Below are positions 56,529 to 64,000 of a DNA stretch of 64,000 bases, in pieces. The position numbers and the translations under genes were made by a program. The stretch comes from Bacteroidales bacterium (lineage in GTDB: Bacteria > Bacteroidota > Bacteroidia > Bacteroidales > VadinHA17), in the NCBI GenBank assembly GCA_034004115.1, contig JAVEXG010000005.1:2657-66656 (forward strand). The letters run 5' to 3'. Below the pieces are notes generated by a model, which searched no databases, was not told where the DNA came from, and saw nothing but the letters and a program-made list of their open reading frames with translations. Every line of letters starts with the position of its first letter. Positions within the stretch are counted from its first letter, which is position 1.

Positions 56529-58979
56529 TTATTCCCTTGCCCCGGCTTTAAGAATAATGAACTGATCGTTTATGAAATATATTATTGAAATTAAAACACT
56601 TATAACAACAGATACGTCAAATACCGTGTAGGCAACCCTCACTATCTGGTAAATAAGGTCGAACTTGATCATCATCAGAATACCCGAAATACCAGCCAGT
56701 ATCAGGAAAAATGCCTGAAGTCTGCAAAGAAGGGTTCCTGCACGGTTTTCCTTTCTCATTCTGATCCAGGTATATGCTCCAGCAAACAAAGCGATTACTG
56801 TTATAATGAAATGGTTGGCGTCGAGCGTAAGTCTGTCTGGAAGCACATAACTGTTTACATCAGGTTTCAGATAGACAAGAGCTACGCCGGCGGCCAGGGC
56901 GCCATAAAGAACAAGGAGAAAATTCGATTTCACCGGGAAGAAATTTTCTTTCCTGTTCACTTTAAAGACTATTGAAATGAGGATTGTCAGCAGGAGAATT
57001 ATAATTGCCGGGTATGCAAATGATTTGACAACCTGTTCCCTGAATGCAGACATGCCCATCATGAAACCGCTCATGCCCAGTTTAACATATTGAGGTTCTG
57101 TTACCGGATCTCCGTCTTCCCCAAACGGGTATTTTACCACCTGCCTGAAAAACATATCAGAACCAAAGGAGTGGCAATCAGTGCACCCGTTAGTGCCCAG
57201 ACCGGCCCTTGCAGGAAAGACGTCATGATTGTATTTGTAAACAGAAGCATAGGGTGATGATTCCCAATATTCCTTCTCAAGTATTTGATATTCAGACCCT
57301 GAAAGATACATTCTGTCGTTATTTACCCATACAATCTTCCTGCCTGACAGATCGTATCCCTGATCGTTCATGTATGCAGTTACTGAACTTATGAAGGCAT
57401 CAATTTCTTCTGCCGTATTAACCTCGGGAATTGTATCAGAATCATTATCTGCGATCTTTGACAGATCGGGATATAAGGATTTATCCTTTCGGTGTGTAAT
57501 CCACATATTATAGATATCCCTCATTTTCGGCTGGTCAAGTCCTTTTACCCCTTCATTATATATCCCGGGCCATGCACTATGGACGGTATTCACCGGGAAT
57601 ATCTGTCCCTTATATTTTGCAAATTCAGGAACGAAAGGATCCGATGGCTGATCTTTTGCAGTGAACATTGCAAGTTCGCCATAATGGTTCCAGTAATTCA
57701 TGTTCTGGTCGTAAAAGGTCCAGACAAATTTCGGAGGAGGAGAAATTTTCGTACCGGGATTATAAACATCACTTACCTGGACCAGGGCTGACTTAACCTT
57801 TCTCTGAGGGATATGGCATGCCTGGCATGAGAGTTTGTCGAGATGCAGATCGGGCAGCCAGGCGTGTTTTGCAACCGGAGCATTCAGATAGCCCGTCGTA
57901 TGGCAATCGGTGCAGGTTCGCATTGTATTATCCAGGTCGTTCCTCACCCAGCCTGATGGATCGTCTCCCTTTCCGAACTGGTGAACTTCCTTTCCTGCTA
58001 TCCTCGGATCTGAGGCCATTGAGCCTGAAACATGACAGTCAACACATTTGACTTCTTTGGCAATATGAACATCCGTGAATTCCGTGAAGGAAGAGCCGCG
58101 CTTTTTCCACTGGGGTTTTGAGTGACAATTGAGACAGGTTTCGTTCCTTGGTTCCCTGACAAGATGCATCGATACCTTGCCATCCGGACCAAATTTTGCC
58201 AGGTTATACTTTACCTGGACATCAACAGTGTCCCTGATTGATCCTTCCACTGCAGCTAATCCGGATCCAACAGTAGCCATCCATTTAAAGTTGAATTTTG
58301 CAAGGTGGTCGTTCCTTGTTTTATAATCATATTCAGGAAGGTGACAGAGGTTGCAGTCGGCTTCGATAACACCCGACCGGTTCCAGTGTGCCTGGAAGTA
58401 ATCCCCGTCGAAATTGTTGGTTCCTCCAGCTGTAAATCCCATCTTTTCCATCTGCTTGTCGTATCTGAATCCCTCCCTGTCATATTCAAGAGGACCACCC
58501 CCGGGGTGGCAGGTTGCACAACCATTTGTTATAAAGGTGAAAGAGGTCATATCCATCTCTTTCGCAGAAACGTTGTTCTTATCCGACAGGTAATTATACA
58601 AGGGGGCCGGAGAACACCAGTTACCTCCGTAGTTGCCGGGATGTGACACCCACTGGTACCTCTCGGCCAAAGTCCCGGATGGAATTTCATCTTTCCCCTG
58701 CTGAAAATGAAATCCCTCTGTTATCTTCTCATAATCGTGACATTTACCGCATGTCTGTTTTGGTGAATAAGGTTTATCTGCATTAATCCCGTTAACAGGA
58801 TCAATTATATTCCCATCCTCATCGTAAAGATTAAAAGGAGGACATACACCCGATTGGGTCACAAGTTCCCGGTCGGTAATTGGAACCTTGTTCTTAACGG
58901 AGAATATTCCCCATATACCACTGATTATTAGTCCGGTTAAAACCAGTAACAACAACAGGTTCAGGTTTCCACTTTTCAT
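56529..58979 (-). CDS. membrane-anchored octaheme c-type cytochrome with a C-terminal 5-TM domain
   Basis: Eight CxxCH motifs are present: CGKCH, CATCH, CNLCH, CLNCH, CVDCH, CTDCH, CQACH and CTDCH. There is an N-terminal signal anchor and five hydrophobic helices in the last roughly 190 aa. Confidence 0.8.
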   Translation of the reverse strand: MKSGNLNLLLLLVLTGLIISGIWGIFSVKNKVPITDRELVTQSGVCPPFNLYDEDGNIIDPVNGINADKPYSPKQTCGKCHDYEKITEGFHFQQGKDEIPSGTLAERYQWVSHPGNYGGNWCSPAPLYNYLSDKNNVSAKEMDMTSFTFITNGCATCHPGGGPLEYDREGFRYDKQMEKMGFTAGGTNNFDGDYFQAHWNRSGVIEADCNLCHLPEYDYKTRNDHLAKFNFKWMATVGSGLAAVEGSIRDTVDVQVKYNLAKFGPDGKVSMHLVREPRNETCLNCHSKPQWKKRGSSFTEFTDVHIAKEVKCVDCHVSGSMASDPRIAGKEVHQFGKGDDPSGWVRNDLDNTMRTCTDCHTTGYLNAPVAKHAWLPDLHLDKLSCQACHIPQRKVKSALVQVSDVYNPGTKISPPPKFVWTFYDQNMNYWNHYGELAMFTAKDQPSDPFVPEFAKYKGQIFPVNTVHSAWPGIYNEGVKGLDQPKMRDIYNMWITHRKDKSLYPDLSKIADNDSDTIPEVNTAEEIDAFISSVTAYMNDQGYDLSGRKIVWVNNDRMYLSGSEYQILEKEYWESSPYASVYKYNHDVFPARAGLGTNGCTDCHSFGSDMFFRQVVKYPFGEDGDPVTEPQYVKLGMSGFMMGMSAFREQVVKSFAYPAIIILLLTILISIVFKVNRKENFFPVKSNFLLVLYGALAAGVALVYLKPDVNSYVLPDRLTLDANHFIITVIALFAGAYTWIRMRKENRAGTLLCRLQAFFLILAGISGILMMIKFDLIYQIVRVAYTVFDVSVVISVLISIIYFINDQFIILKAGARE

Positions 58980-59060
58980 GAATTATCCATTATATTAATA
59001 TCATTTCACTCTTTCGATAATTCAACCAATCTCTTCTCTCTTAGTCTCCCCTTCTCCCCT

Positions 59061-59486
59061 TTACGCTCCCGCCTCCCTCGCTTTCAACTGACATAAGCAC
59101 GAGCCTGACAAACGGTTAGTGATCTCAGTTGTAATAGGCAATCCATCTCTTTCCCAGTCAACAATACCTCCAGCCATATTAAATGCATTATTAAAACCGT
59201 GTTCATTCATGAACAGAACACTTTCTCGGCTACTTAAACCGACAGCATCAGCAAATATTAACAACTTATCTCCAGGGAGGTCTGAATAGGAACCGGCAAG
59301 TTTGCTATGTGGCAGGTAAATTACATTCCCGACGTTGAACATTTTGAAATTATTCAGATAAGATTCCCTGACATCAACAATAACGGCCCCTTTATTGCAC
59401 AATTCAAAACTTTCCTTCGGGGTCAGATTTTGCACTCCGTGAGATGCAAATCCTATGTTAAACCAGGTACTCATCTGCTTGGCCAT
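59061..59486 (-). CDS. rhodanese-like domain protein (active-site Cys apparently absent)
   Basis: Rhodanese fold ('VIVDVRE', 'GFNNAFNMAGGIVDWERDGLP'). The loop reads 'IFADAVGLSSRES' where CxxGxR is expected. There is also a C-terminal 'SCLC'. Confidence 0.7.
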   Translation of the reverse strand: MAKQMSTWFNIGFASHGVQNLTPKESFELCNKGAVIVDVRESYLNNFKMFNVGNVIYLPHSKLAGSYSDLPGDKLLIFADAVGLSSRESVLFMNEHGFNNAFNMAGGIVDWERDGLPITTEITNRLSGSCLCQLKAREAGA

Positions 59487-59818
59487 TACTGGGCATTCTC
59501 GTATTTAACTATCTTAATTTGTGCGAATTCCGCAAAATGTTTCCTGAGAAACTTCCAGTTTTCATAATTAATACAATACTGAAGTTTTGGGGGGTCGATG
59601 CATCCCTGGATCAATCCGGCCTTCTTAAGCTCTGACAAGTGTTGAAATACAGTTGAATTAGCCAGAGACAGTTCATTTGAGATTTCAGTGAACCGGCAAG
59701 TGTCAAGTGAAGCCAGATGGCGCAGGATTGCTATCCGGGCAGGATGCCCAAGTGCTTTGGCAAACCGGGCTGTCTTAACATCTTCGGGAGGATAAGTATC
59801 CTTATTTGATGATTTCAT
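59486..59818 (-). CDS. arsR: ArsR/SmtB-family transcriptional regulator (copy 2)
   Basis: 'FAKALGHPARIAILRHL' and 'STVFQHLSELKKAGLI'. It is a paralog of 51893-52255 (both end ..YCIN..NW). The start was chosen at ATG 59818. Confidence 0.85.
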   Translation of the reverse strand: MKSSNKDTYPPEDVKTARFAKALGHPARIAILRHLASLDTCRFTEISNELSLANSTVFQHLSELKKAGLIQGCIDPPKLQYCINYENWKFLRKHFAEFAQIKIVKYENAQ

Positions 59819-59850
59819 CAGTATATATTTTGATTTTATAGGTCTGATGG

Positions 59851-59908
59851 AACCCACATGTTTGAAAATTATATACATACGTGTTTCTGAATTTGATACA
59901 TGTGGGTT
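59851..59908. promoter_or_regulatory. 11-bp inverted repeat AACCCACATGT ... ACATGTGGGTT upstream of arsR-2
   Basis: Perfect arms at 59851-59861 and 59898-59908, 33-90 nt upstream of the arsR-2 start. Confidence 0.4.
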
Positions 59909-59954
59909 TCATGATTTCAAATCGTGAGTAAGAAATAAGATGACATAATGGCAA

Positions 59955-59974
59955 TTTTCGTAAATTTACGAAAA
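59955..59974. promoter_or_regulatory. perfect 20-bp palindrome TTTTCGTAAATTTACGAAAA
   Basis: It lies in the arsR-2 / 60013 divergent spacer. It is related to TTTCGTAATTTTGCGAAA at 51854-51871. Confidence 0.5.
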
Positions 59975-60012
59975 GATTATTTACAATACCCCTGGACAAC
60001 CTGAAATAATCT

Positions 60013-61728
60013 TTGTACATTTCGATAAATACTGCAAGAGAATTGAGAAACACAAAACTAAAAACACTGATCGGGCTTGCCTTGCTGACACTTACCGGTC
60101 CGGGGTTGTTATGCCCGGCTGTTCAGGCGCAAAGCAATGCGGCGAAAAACAGCAGCCGTCCCAAAATCGTTAACATTATAAACTTCATCCGTCTGCTGGA
60201 ACCGAGGGACCCGGAGATAACTGAAGATGTGCTTTATCAGACTGTAGTAAAACAGATTGAACTCATGAGGAAGTACGATCTGGGCGGGACGTTTTTGCTG
60301 CAGTATGATGCATTGATTGACCCTCGTTATCAGCAGCTGCTTTCAGGTCTGCCGGCCGACTCCTTTGAAATTGGTGCCTGGTGGGAGATTCCCCAGCCTA
60401 TGGCAGAAAAAGCCGGATTGCTTTGGAGAGGCCGTTATCCGTGGGACTGGCACGCCAACATTGGGTTTACAACAGGATATACGCCGGTCGAACGCGAAAA
60501 GATGGCTGATATTTACATGAACGATTTCAAAAGCATATTCGGCTATTATCCAAAATCCGTAGCCTCCTGGTTTATTGATGCCCATACCCTCAATTACCTG
60601 TACGAGAAATATCATATTACGGCTTCGGCAAATTGCAAGGACCAGTATGGAACTGATGGCTATACCCTTTGGGGCGGTTACTGGAACCAGGCTTACTACC
60701 CGGCCAAAGTAAACTCCTATATGCCTGCCCAACATGCCAAAAACCAGATCCCTGTACCCGTTTTCAGGATGCTTGGCAGCGACCCCGTCCGCCAGTACGA
60801 CAGCGGACTTGGCAGCAACGGACAGGGCGTAATTACTCTCGAACCGGTATACAAACATGGCGGCGGCGACTCCGCATGGGTGAACTGGTATTTCAGAGAA
60901 TTTACAGACGGGGAAAGCATGGAATTTGCATATGTACAGGCCGGACAGGAGAATTCCTTTACATGGGATGCCATGAAAAAAGGATTTGAGATACAAATCC
61001 CCTTAATAGCCAGCCTGCGCGACCAGAACCTTATTCGTGTTGAAACTCTGGCGGAAGCAGGAAACTGGTTCAGGAATAATTACAAAGTGACCCCGGCGAC
61101 ATCGGTAACTGTAAATGATGATATCGGAGAGAGCGATCTGAAAACTGTCTGGTTTAACAGCAGGTACTACCGTATTAACATTTTGTGGGAAAACAGCACA
61201 CTGAGGATAAGGGATATTCATTTATTCAATGAGAAAGTCCCGTCGGTTTATGAGACGGAGCCGACCACCTCAAACGAATGTAAATTCTTTACGCTTCCTT
61301 TCGTAGACGGATTCCTGTGGAGTGATAAGCAGCACCTGGCCGGAATGAGACTGAAAGTCATGGCCGACGGAAAGGAAACCGCTTTAACAGGGGGTGATCC
61401 GGTTATAACAAGTCCCCGGAAAGGAAATCTGCATATAGAATGGCCTTTGAAATCAATCGAAGGGACTCTGATTATTGATATGAATGAACGTGAATTAAAA
61501 ATGGCTCTGAAAAGCGAAGAGAGCGCAGACTGGTTTCTGGATCTCACTGCAGCCGAAAAGAAAGTGTTGCCATTCAAAAATATCAGCCGCAGTAAAGCAG
61601 AATGTAACTTTGAGGGATTTGACTATGCGGTAAAGGCTTCAAGAGGCAATTTTGAATCTTCCGTTACCGGGTTAGGTTTCAAAATCTTCCCGAATAACAA
61701 TCACATTGTTTTAAATTTATCCAGATGA
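60013..61728 (+). CDS. hypothetical secreted protein
   Basis: Signal peptide (..LTGPGLLCPAVQAQ). The track start is TTG and an alternative TTG lies at 60043. I recognise no motif with confidence. Confidence 0.35.
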   Translation: MYISINTARELRNTKLKTLIGLALLTLTGPGLLCPAVQAQSNAAKNSSRPKIVNIINFIRLLEPRDPEITEDVLYQTVVKQIELMRKYDLGGTFLLQYDALIDPRYQQLLSGLPADSFEIGAWWEIPQPMAEKAGLLWRGRYPWDWHANIGFTTGYTPVEREKMADIYMNDFKSIFGYYPKSVASWFIDAHTLNYLYEKYHITASANCKDQYGTDGYTLWGGYWNQAYYPAKVNSYMPAQHAKNQIPVPVFRMLGSDPVRQYDSGLGSNGQGVITLEPVYKHGGGDSAWVNWYFREFTDGESMEFAYVQAGQENSFTWDAMKKGFEIQIPLIASLRDQNLIRVETLAEAGNWFRNNYKVTPATSVTVNDDIGESDLKTVWFNSRYYRINILWENSTLRIRDIHLFNEKVPSVYETEPTTSNECKFFTLPFVDGFLWSDKQHLAGMRLKVMADGKETALTGGDPVITSPRKGNLHIEWPLKSIEGTLIIDMNERELKMALKSEESADWFLDLTAAEKKVLPFKNISRSKAECNFEGFDYAVKASRGNFESSVTGLGFKIFPNNNHIVLNLSR

Positions 61729-63575
61729 ACGAAATCCTTATAACAGCTAAGAACTGCAGGCACTACGCCATGTGCAAAATTGACTTTCTGGATTCCGGAT
61801 TATGCCTGTCAGGGACAGAAAAGCACTACGTCAGCTTCTATCCCCAGGGGAGGATGGATCTGTATGCCGCTCTTGCAGAGAACAGGATTCCGGTGACTGA
61901 AAAATGCCTCGAGATTGCAGACAGCTGTGATCTCTGCGGGAGATGCGACTATCAGTGCTATTTCGTTACAGAGATGAAACCATCGCTTGTTATGGCGGCA
62001 CTGAAGGAGCATATAAGACTTCACATCGATAATGGCGGTGAGGTTGTGATGCCGGAACACGATACAATTCTTGATGAAATCAGGGGAATAGTGGGAGAAT
62101 ACTGGGCAACAAACGACCGTGCCGTTGCCCTTACATATTCACATGATCCCTGCCCTGTGGCAGAGCCCCGGATGCCGGAATATGTAATAATGCCGGCTTC
62201 AACAGCAGAAATTTCAGCTGTTGTAAAACTTCTGAACAGTCATAATATAAAATATGCTGTCAGGGGCAATGGTTCGAGTGTTATGGGCTTTGTAATGAGC
62301 GAAGGTGCTGTTATTGATCTGGGCAGAATGAAATCAATACAATTTGATGAGAAGAACTGGGTGGTAAGGGTTGGACCCGGAGTTACCGCTTTCGATCTTC
62401 AGAAAGCTGCTGTGGAACGGGGTTTCAGGGTAAATGTCGCGGAACCTTCAGCCCTGGTCTGTGCAAATATTATGTGCTCGGGAATATTCTCCCTTTTCTC
62501 AGCAAGTTACGGAACTGCAGCCGATAATTTCGTTGATGCCGAATTTGTGGGCCACAACGGTGAGATAAGCAGGCTAAACGAAAAATCTTCCCGGAATCTT
62601 TTCGCTTTCAGGAAGGAAGATTCACCAATACCCGCGATATGCTCTTCGGTGGATATCCGGCTTCACAGGATTATTCCGGATGAAGGTGCGGCATTTGTTC
62701 CTTTCGGATCACTTGAAAGCGCACTTGATTTTGCCAAAGAGTGTGCGCAAAGGCGCATAGGTATTGCTATCGGGGTTCTTGGAGGAGAATATTTTTCGGT
62801 CTTTTTGTCACCTACCCAGGCACTCGCAAAAAGGGTCAAGGATACGTTCAGGGATAAACTGAAAATTGAATACATCGTGCTTGTTATCGGTGACAAGTAT
62901 GCATTACAGTCGATTAAAGAGATGGGATTCAATTATTTCGATAACCAGTTGATAAGAATACTGAATCTCGGGCTGCCATCGCTCACATCGGCTGGCTGGC
63001 TTGACCTTATCAATGAACTTGGCGCAGATGAACCATTTGCATATCTGGGACTGAAACATTTCCCCGACCTGGCTGAAGCAGCCCTGGCCCCTTCCCCATC
63101 GCAACTTGTTAATGACGTGGATCCCGAACTTCGTCCTTTCTTTGAGAAACTGTACTCCCTGCCTCACATGACCGACCCCGTCTGGCTAAATATGTTCAGA
63201 ATTATAAGTGCCCGTATGGGGCGTGAGAAGCATGTCCTTGCAATAATCATATACCTTCCTGTGGATAATAAACTTATAGCGGAGATAAACAGTGAATTCA
63301 AAAGAATCGCAGACAGTCATGAACTGAAAAACGATTACGGCTTCATTACTCCTCTGGATGAAGGGAAGCGTTGTGTGTTCGAATATGACTATTATCTTGA
63401 CCATACTGATCCTGAAGAGAGAAAGAGGGCGCAGATGGCGATGATGGAAGCAGGAATGATGATAGAAAGATATTCCGCTGAAACGGGAACCGTTACATGG
63501 ATCAGGTATGTCTTTGGCCAGGGATTCAGCAGGAAGGAGAGTTTCCTTTACTCAACAGCACATCCGGATAAATGA
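61725..63575 (+). CDS. Cys-rich (Fe-S-like) N-domain + FAD-binding PCMH-type oxidoreductase
   Basis: 'CDLCGRCDYQC' plus upstream cysteines, then the FAD_binding_4-like stretch 'VIMPASTAEISAVVKLLNSHNIKYAVRGNGSS'. It has ATGA overlaps with both neighbouring genes. Confidence 0.6.
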   Translation: MNEILITAKNCRHYAMCKIDFLDSGLCLSGTEKHYVSFYPQGRMDLYAALAENRIPVTEKCLEIADSCDLCGRCDYQCYFVTEMKPSLVMAALKEHIRLHIDNGGEVVMPEHDTILDEIRGIVGEYWATNDRAVALTYSHDPCPVAEPRMPEYVIMPASTAEISAVVKLLNSHNIKYAVRGNGSSVMGFVMSEGAVIDLGRMKSIQFDEKNWVVRVGPGVTAFDLQKAAVERGFRVNVAEPSALVCANIMCSGIFSLFSASYGTAADNFVDAEFVGHNGEISRLNEKSSRNLFAFRKEDSPIPAICSSVDIRLHRIIPDEGAAFVPFGSLESALDFAKECAQRRIGIAIGVLGGEYFSVFLSPTQALAKRVKDTFRDKLKIEYIVLVIGDKYALQSIKEMGFNYFDNQLIRILNLGLPSLTSAGWLDLINELGADEPFAYLGLKHFPDLAEAALAPSPSQLVNDVDPELRPFFEKLYSLPHMTDPVWLNMFRIISARMGREKHVLAIIIYLPVDNKLIAEINSEFKRIADSHELKNDYGFITPLDEGKRCVFEYDYYLDHTDPEERKRAQMAMMEAGMMIERYSAETGTVTWIRYVFGQGFSRKESFLYSTAHPDK

Positions 63576-64000
63576 CTCAGGGGAAATCAGAAATATCTGA
63601 GAAATTTATTCTTACCGGCGCCACGGGCTTCCTGGGCAGTCATATCATGGCCGGGCTGCTGTCCAGGGGCTTAGGAGTGGTTATTTTGGGAAGAACTTCA
63701 AACGGAAAGTTGCTAAAGGACAGGATCGGAAAATTGCTTCGCTGGTTCGGGATTGAACGCCTTGAGGGATTACTTGAATTTCATGAGACCGACTTTCAGA
63801 AGACACGGATGGGACTGGACGAAGATGAATATGAGAAGCTGGCCGTAAGAAGCTTAGCCATTATTCACTGTGCTTCAGATACAAGCTTTAATGAAAAGAG
63901 CCGTGACAAAGTGATCAGATCCAACGTTGAGAACCTCTCTGAGATCATGACTTTTGCAGTGAAAAGCCGTGCAAAATACTTTCACCTCATCAGCAGCGCT
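63572..64000 (+). CDS. SDR / thioester-reductase-like NAD(P)-binding protein (3' end outside window)
   Basis: Hand translation gives MTQGKSEISEKFILTGATGFLGSHIMAGLL... (TGxxGxxG). The frame stays open to the window edge. It is absent from the ORF track because it is truncated. Confidence 0.6.
   Translation, partial: MTQGKSEISEKFILTGATGFLGSHIMAGLLSRGLGVVILGRTSNGKLLKDRIGKLLRWFGIERLEGLLEFHETDFQKTRMGLDEDEYEKLAVRSLAIIHCASDTSFNEKSRDKVIRSNVENLSEIMTFAVKSRAKYFHLISSA

Noticed and set aside
210-63404. Dozens of 60-290-aa ORFs lying antisense to or overlapping the large genes, for example 17500-18369, 22139-22879, 40364-41167, 41578-42351 and 60343-60996.
   Set aside because: All lie fully inside longer ORFs that carry clear family motifs. 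None has a recognisable motif of its own, and they show the skewed composition typical of shadow frames.
1-64000. Mobile elements, prophage or defence systems.
   Set aside because: No ORF shows integrase, transposase, recombinase, phage structural, restriction, Cas, toxin-antitoxin or NTPase-nuclease signatures. The window appears to hold metabolic, transport and stress genes only.

Overview
This 64-kb chromosomal segment looks like Bacteroidota. It carries a SusC/SusD pair and TAnnTTTG-type -7 boxes, and almost no Shine-Dalgarno sites. I count about 60 protein genes and one tRNA-Lys(CTT). I saw no rRNA, CRISPR array, transposase, integrase or obvious defence genes. All function calls rest on motifs and domain order read by eye from the translations; nothing was searched. 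Several ORF-track starts are GTG/TTG extensions and I moved them to the first plausible ATG.

Gene blocks, left to right:
- (1) SSS transporter plus a BNR/sialidase-like protein.
- (2) A stand-alone MgtE-N/CBS protein plus an NRAMP with NRMT-type (Mg-type) site substitutions, behind an SD-sequestering leader hairpin.
- (3) Bcp, GH127, a class-V aminotransferase and tRNA-Lys.
- (4) An NAD-type formate dehydrogenase (FdhA plus NuoF-like and NuoE-like subunits) with divergent mobA.
- (5) Fur/PerR-like regulator, 1-Cys peroxiredoxin and OsmC.
- (6) xylA, xylB and a LacI-family regulator.
- (7) A hydrolase-free SusC/SusD locus with a TAT-exported Gfo/Idh/MocA oxidoreductase and two PmoA/DUF6807 proteins.
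- (8) A convergent corrinoid methyl-transfer operon: B12-binding protein, pterin-binding methyltransferase, fused MetV-MetF and a MetH-activation-domain protein.
- (9) An 851-bp gene-free gap holding a GC-rich multi-hairpin element flanked by 50-bp direct repeats.
- (10) A TolB-like protein and lipid genes.
- (11) TAT-TIM-barrel, TAT-Gfo and GH172 genes.
- (12) YfcC-type transporter, an outer-membrane barrel protein, metA and a second peroxiredoxin.
- (13) An arsenic/thiol-redox island: acr3, arsM, arsC, two arsR genes, thioredoxin-fold proteins, a CcdA-like protein and an ArsP-like permease. It also holds an octaheme cytochrome c with a C-terminal membrane domain.
- (14) A secreted protein, an Fe-S/FAD oxidoreductase and an SDR (truncated at the window edge).

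Most interesting leads:
- One LacI-type palindrome recurs at three promoters. It puts the SusC/D locus and the corrinoid/MTHFR operon in the same putative regulon.
- The structured element at 34.6-34.9 kb.
- Eleven copies of TTTTCAAATT sit directly in front of three ars-island genes.
- The membrane-anchored octaheme cytochrome lies in an ArsR-headed operon.
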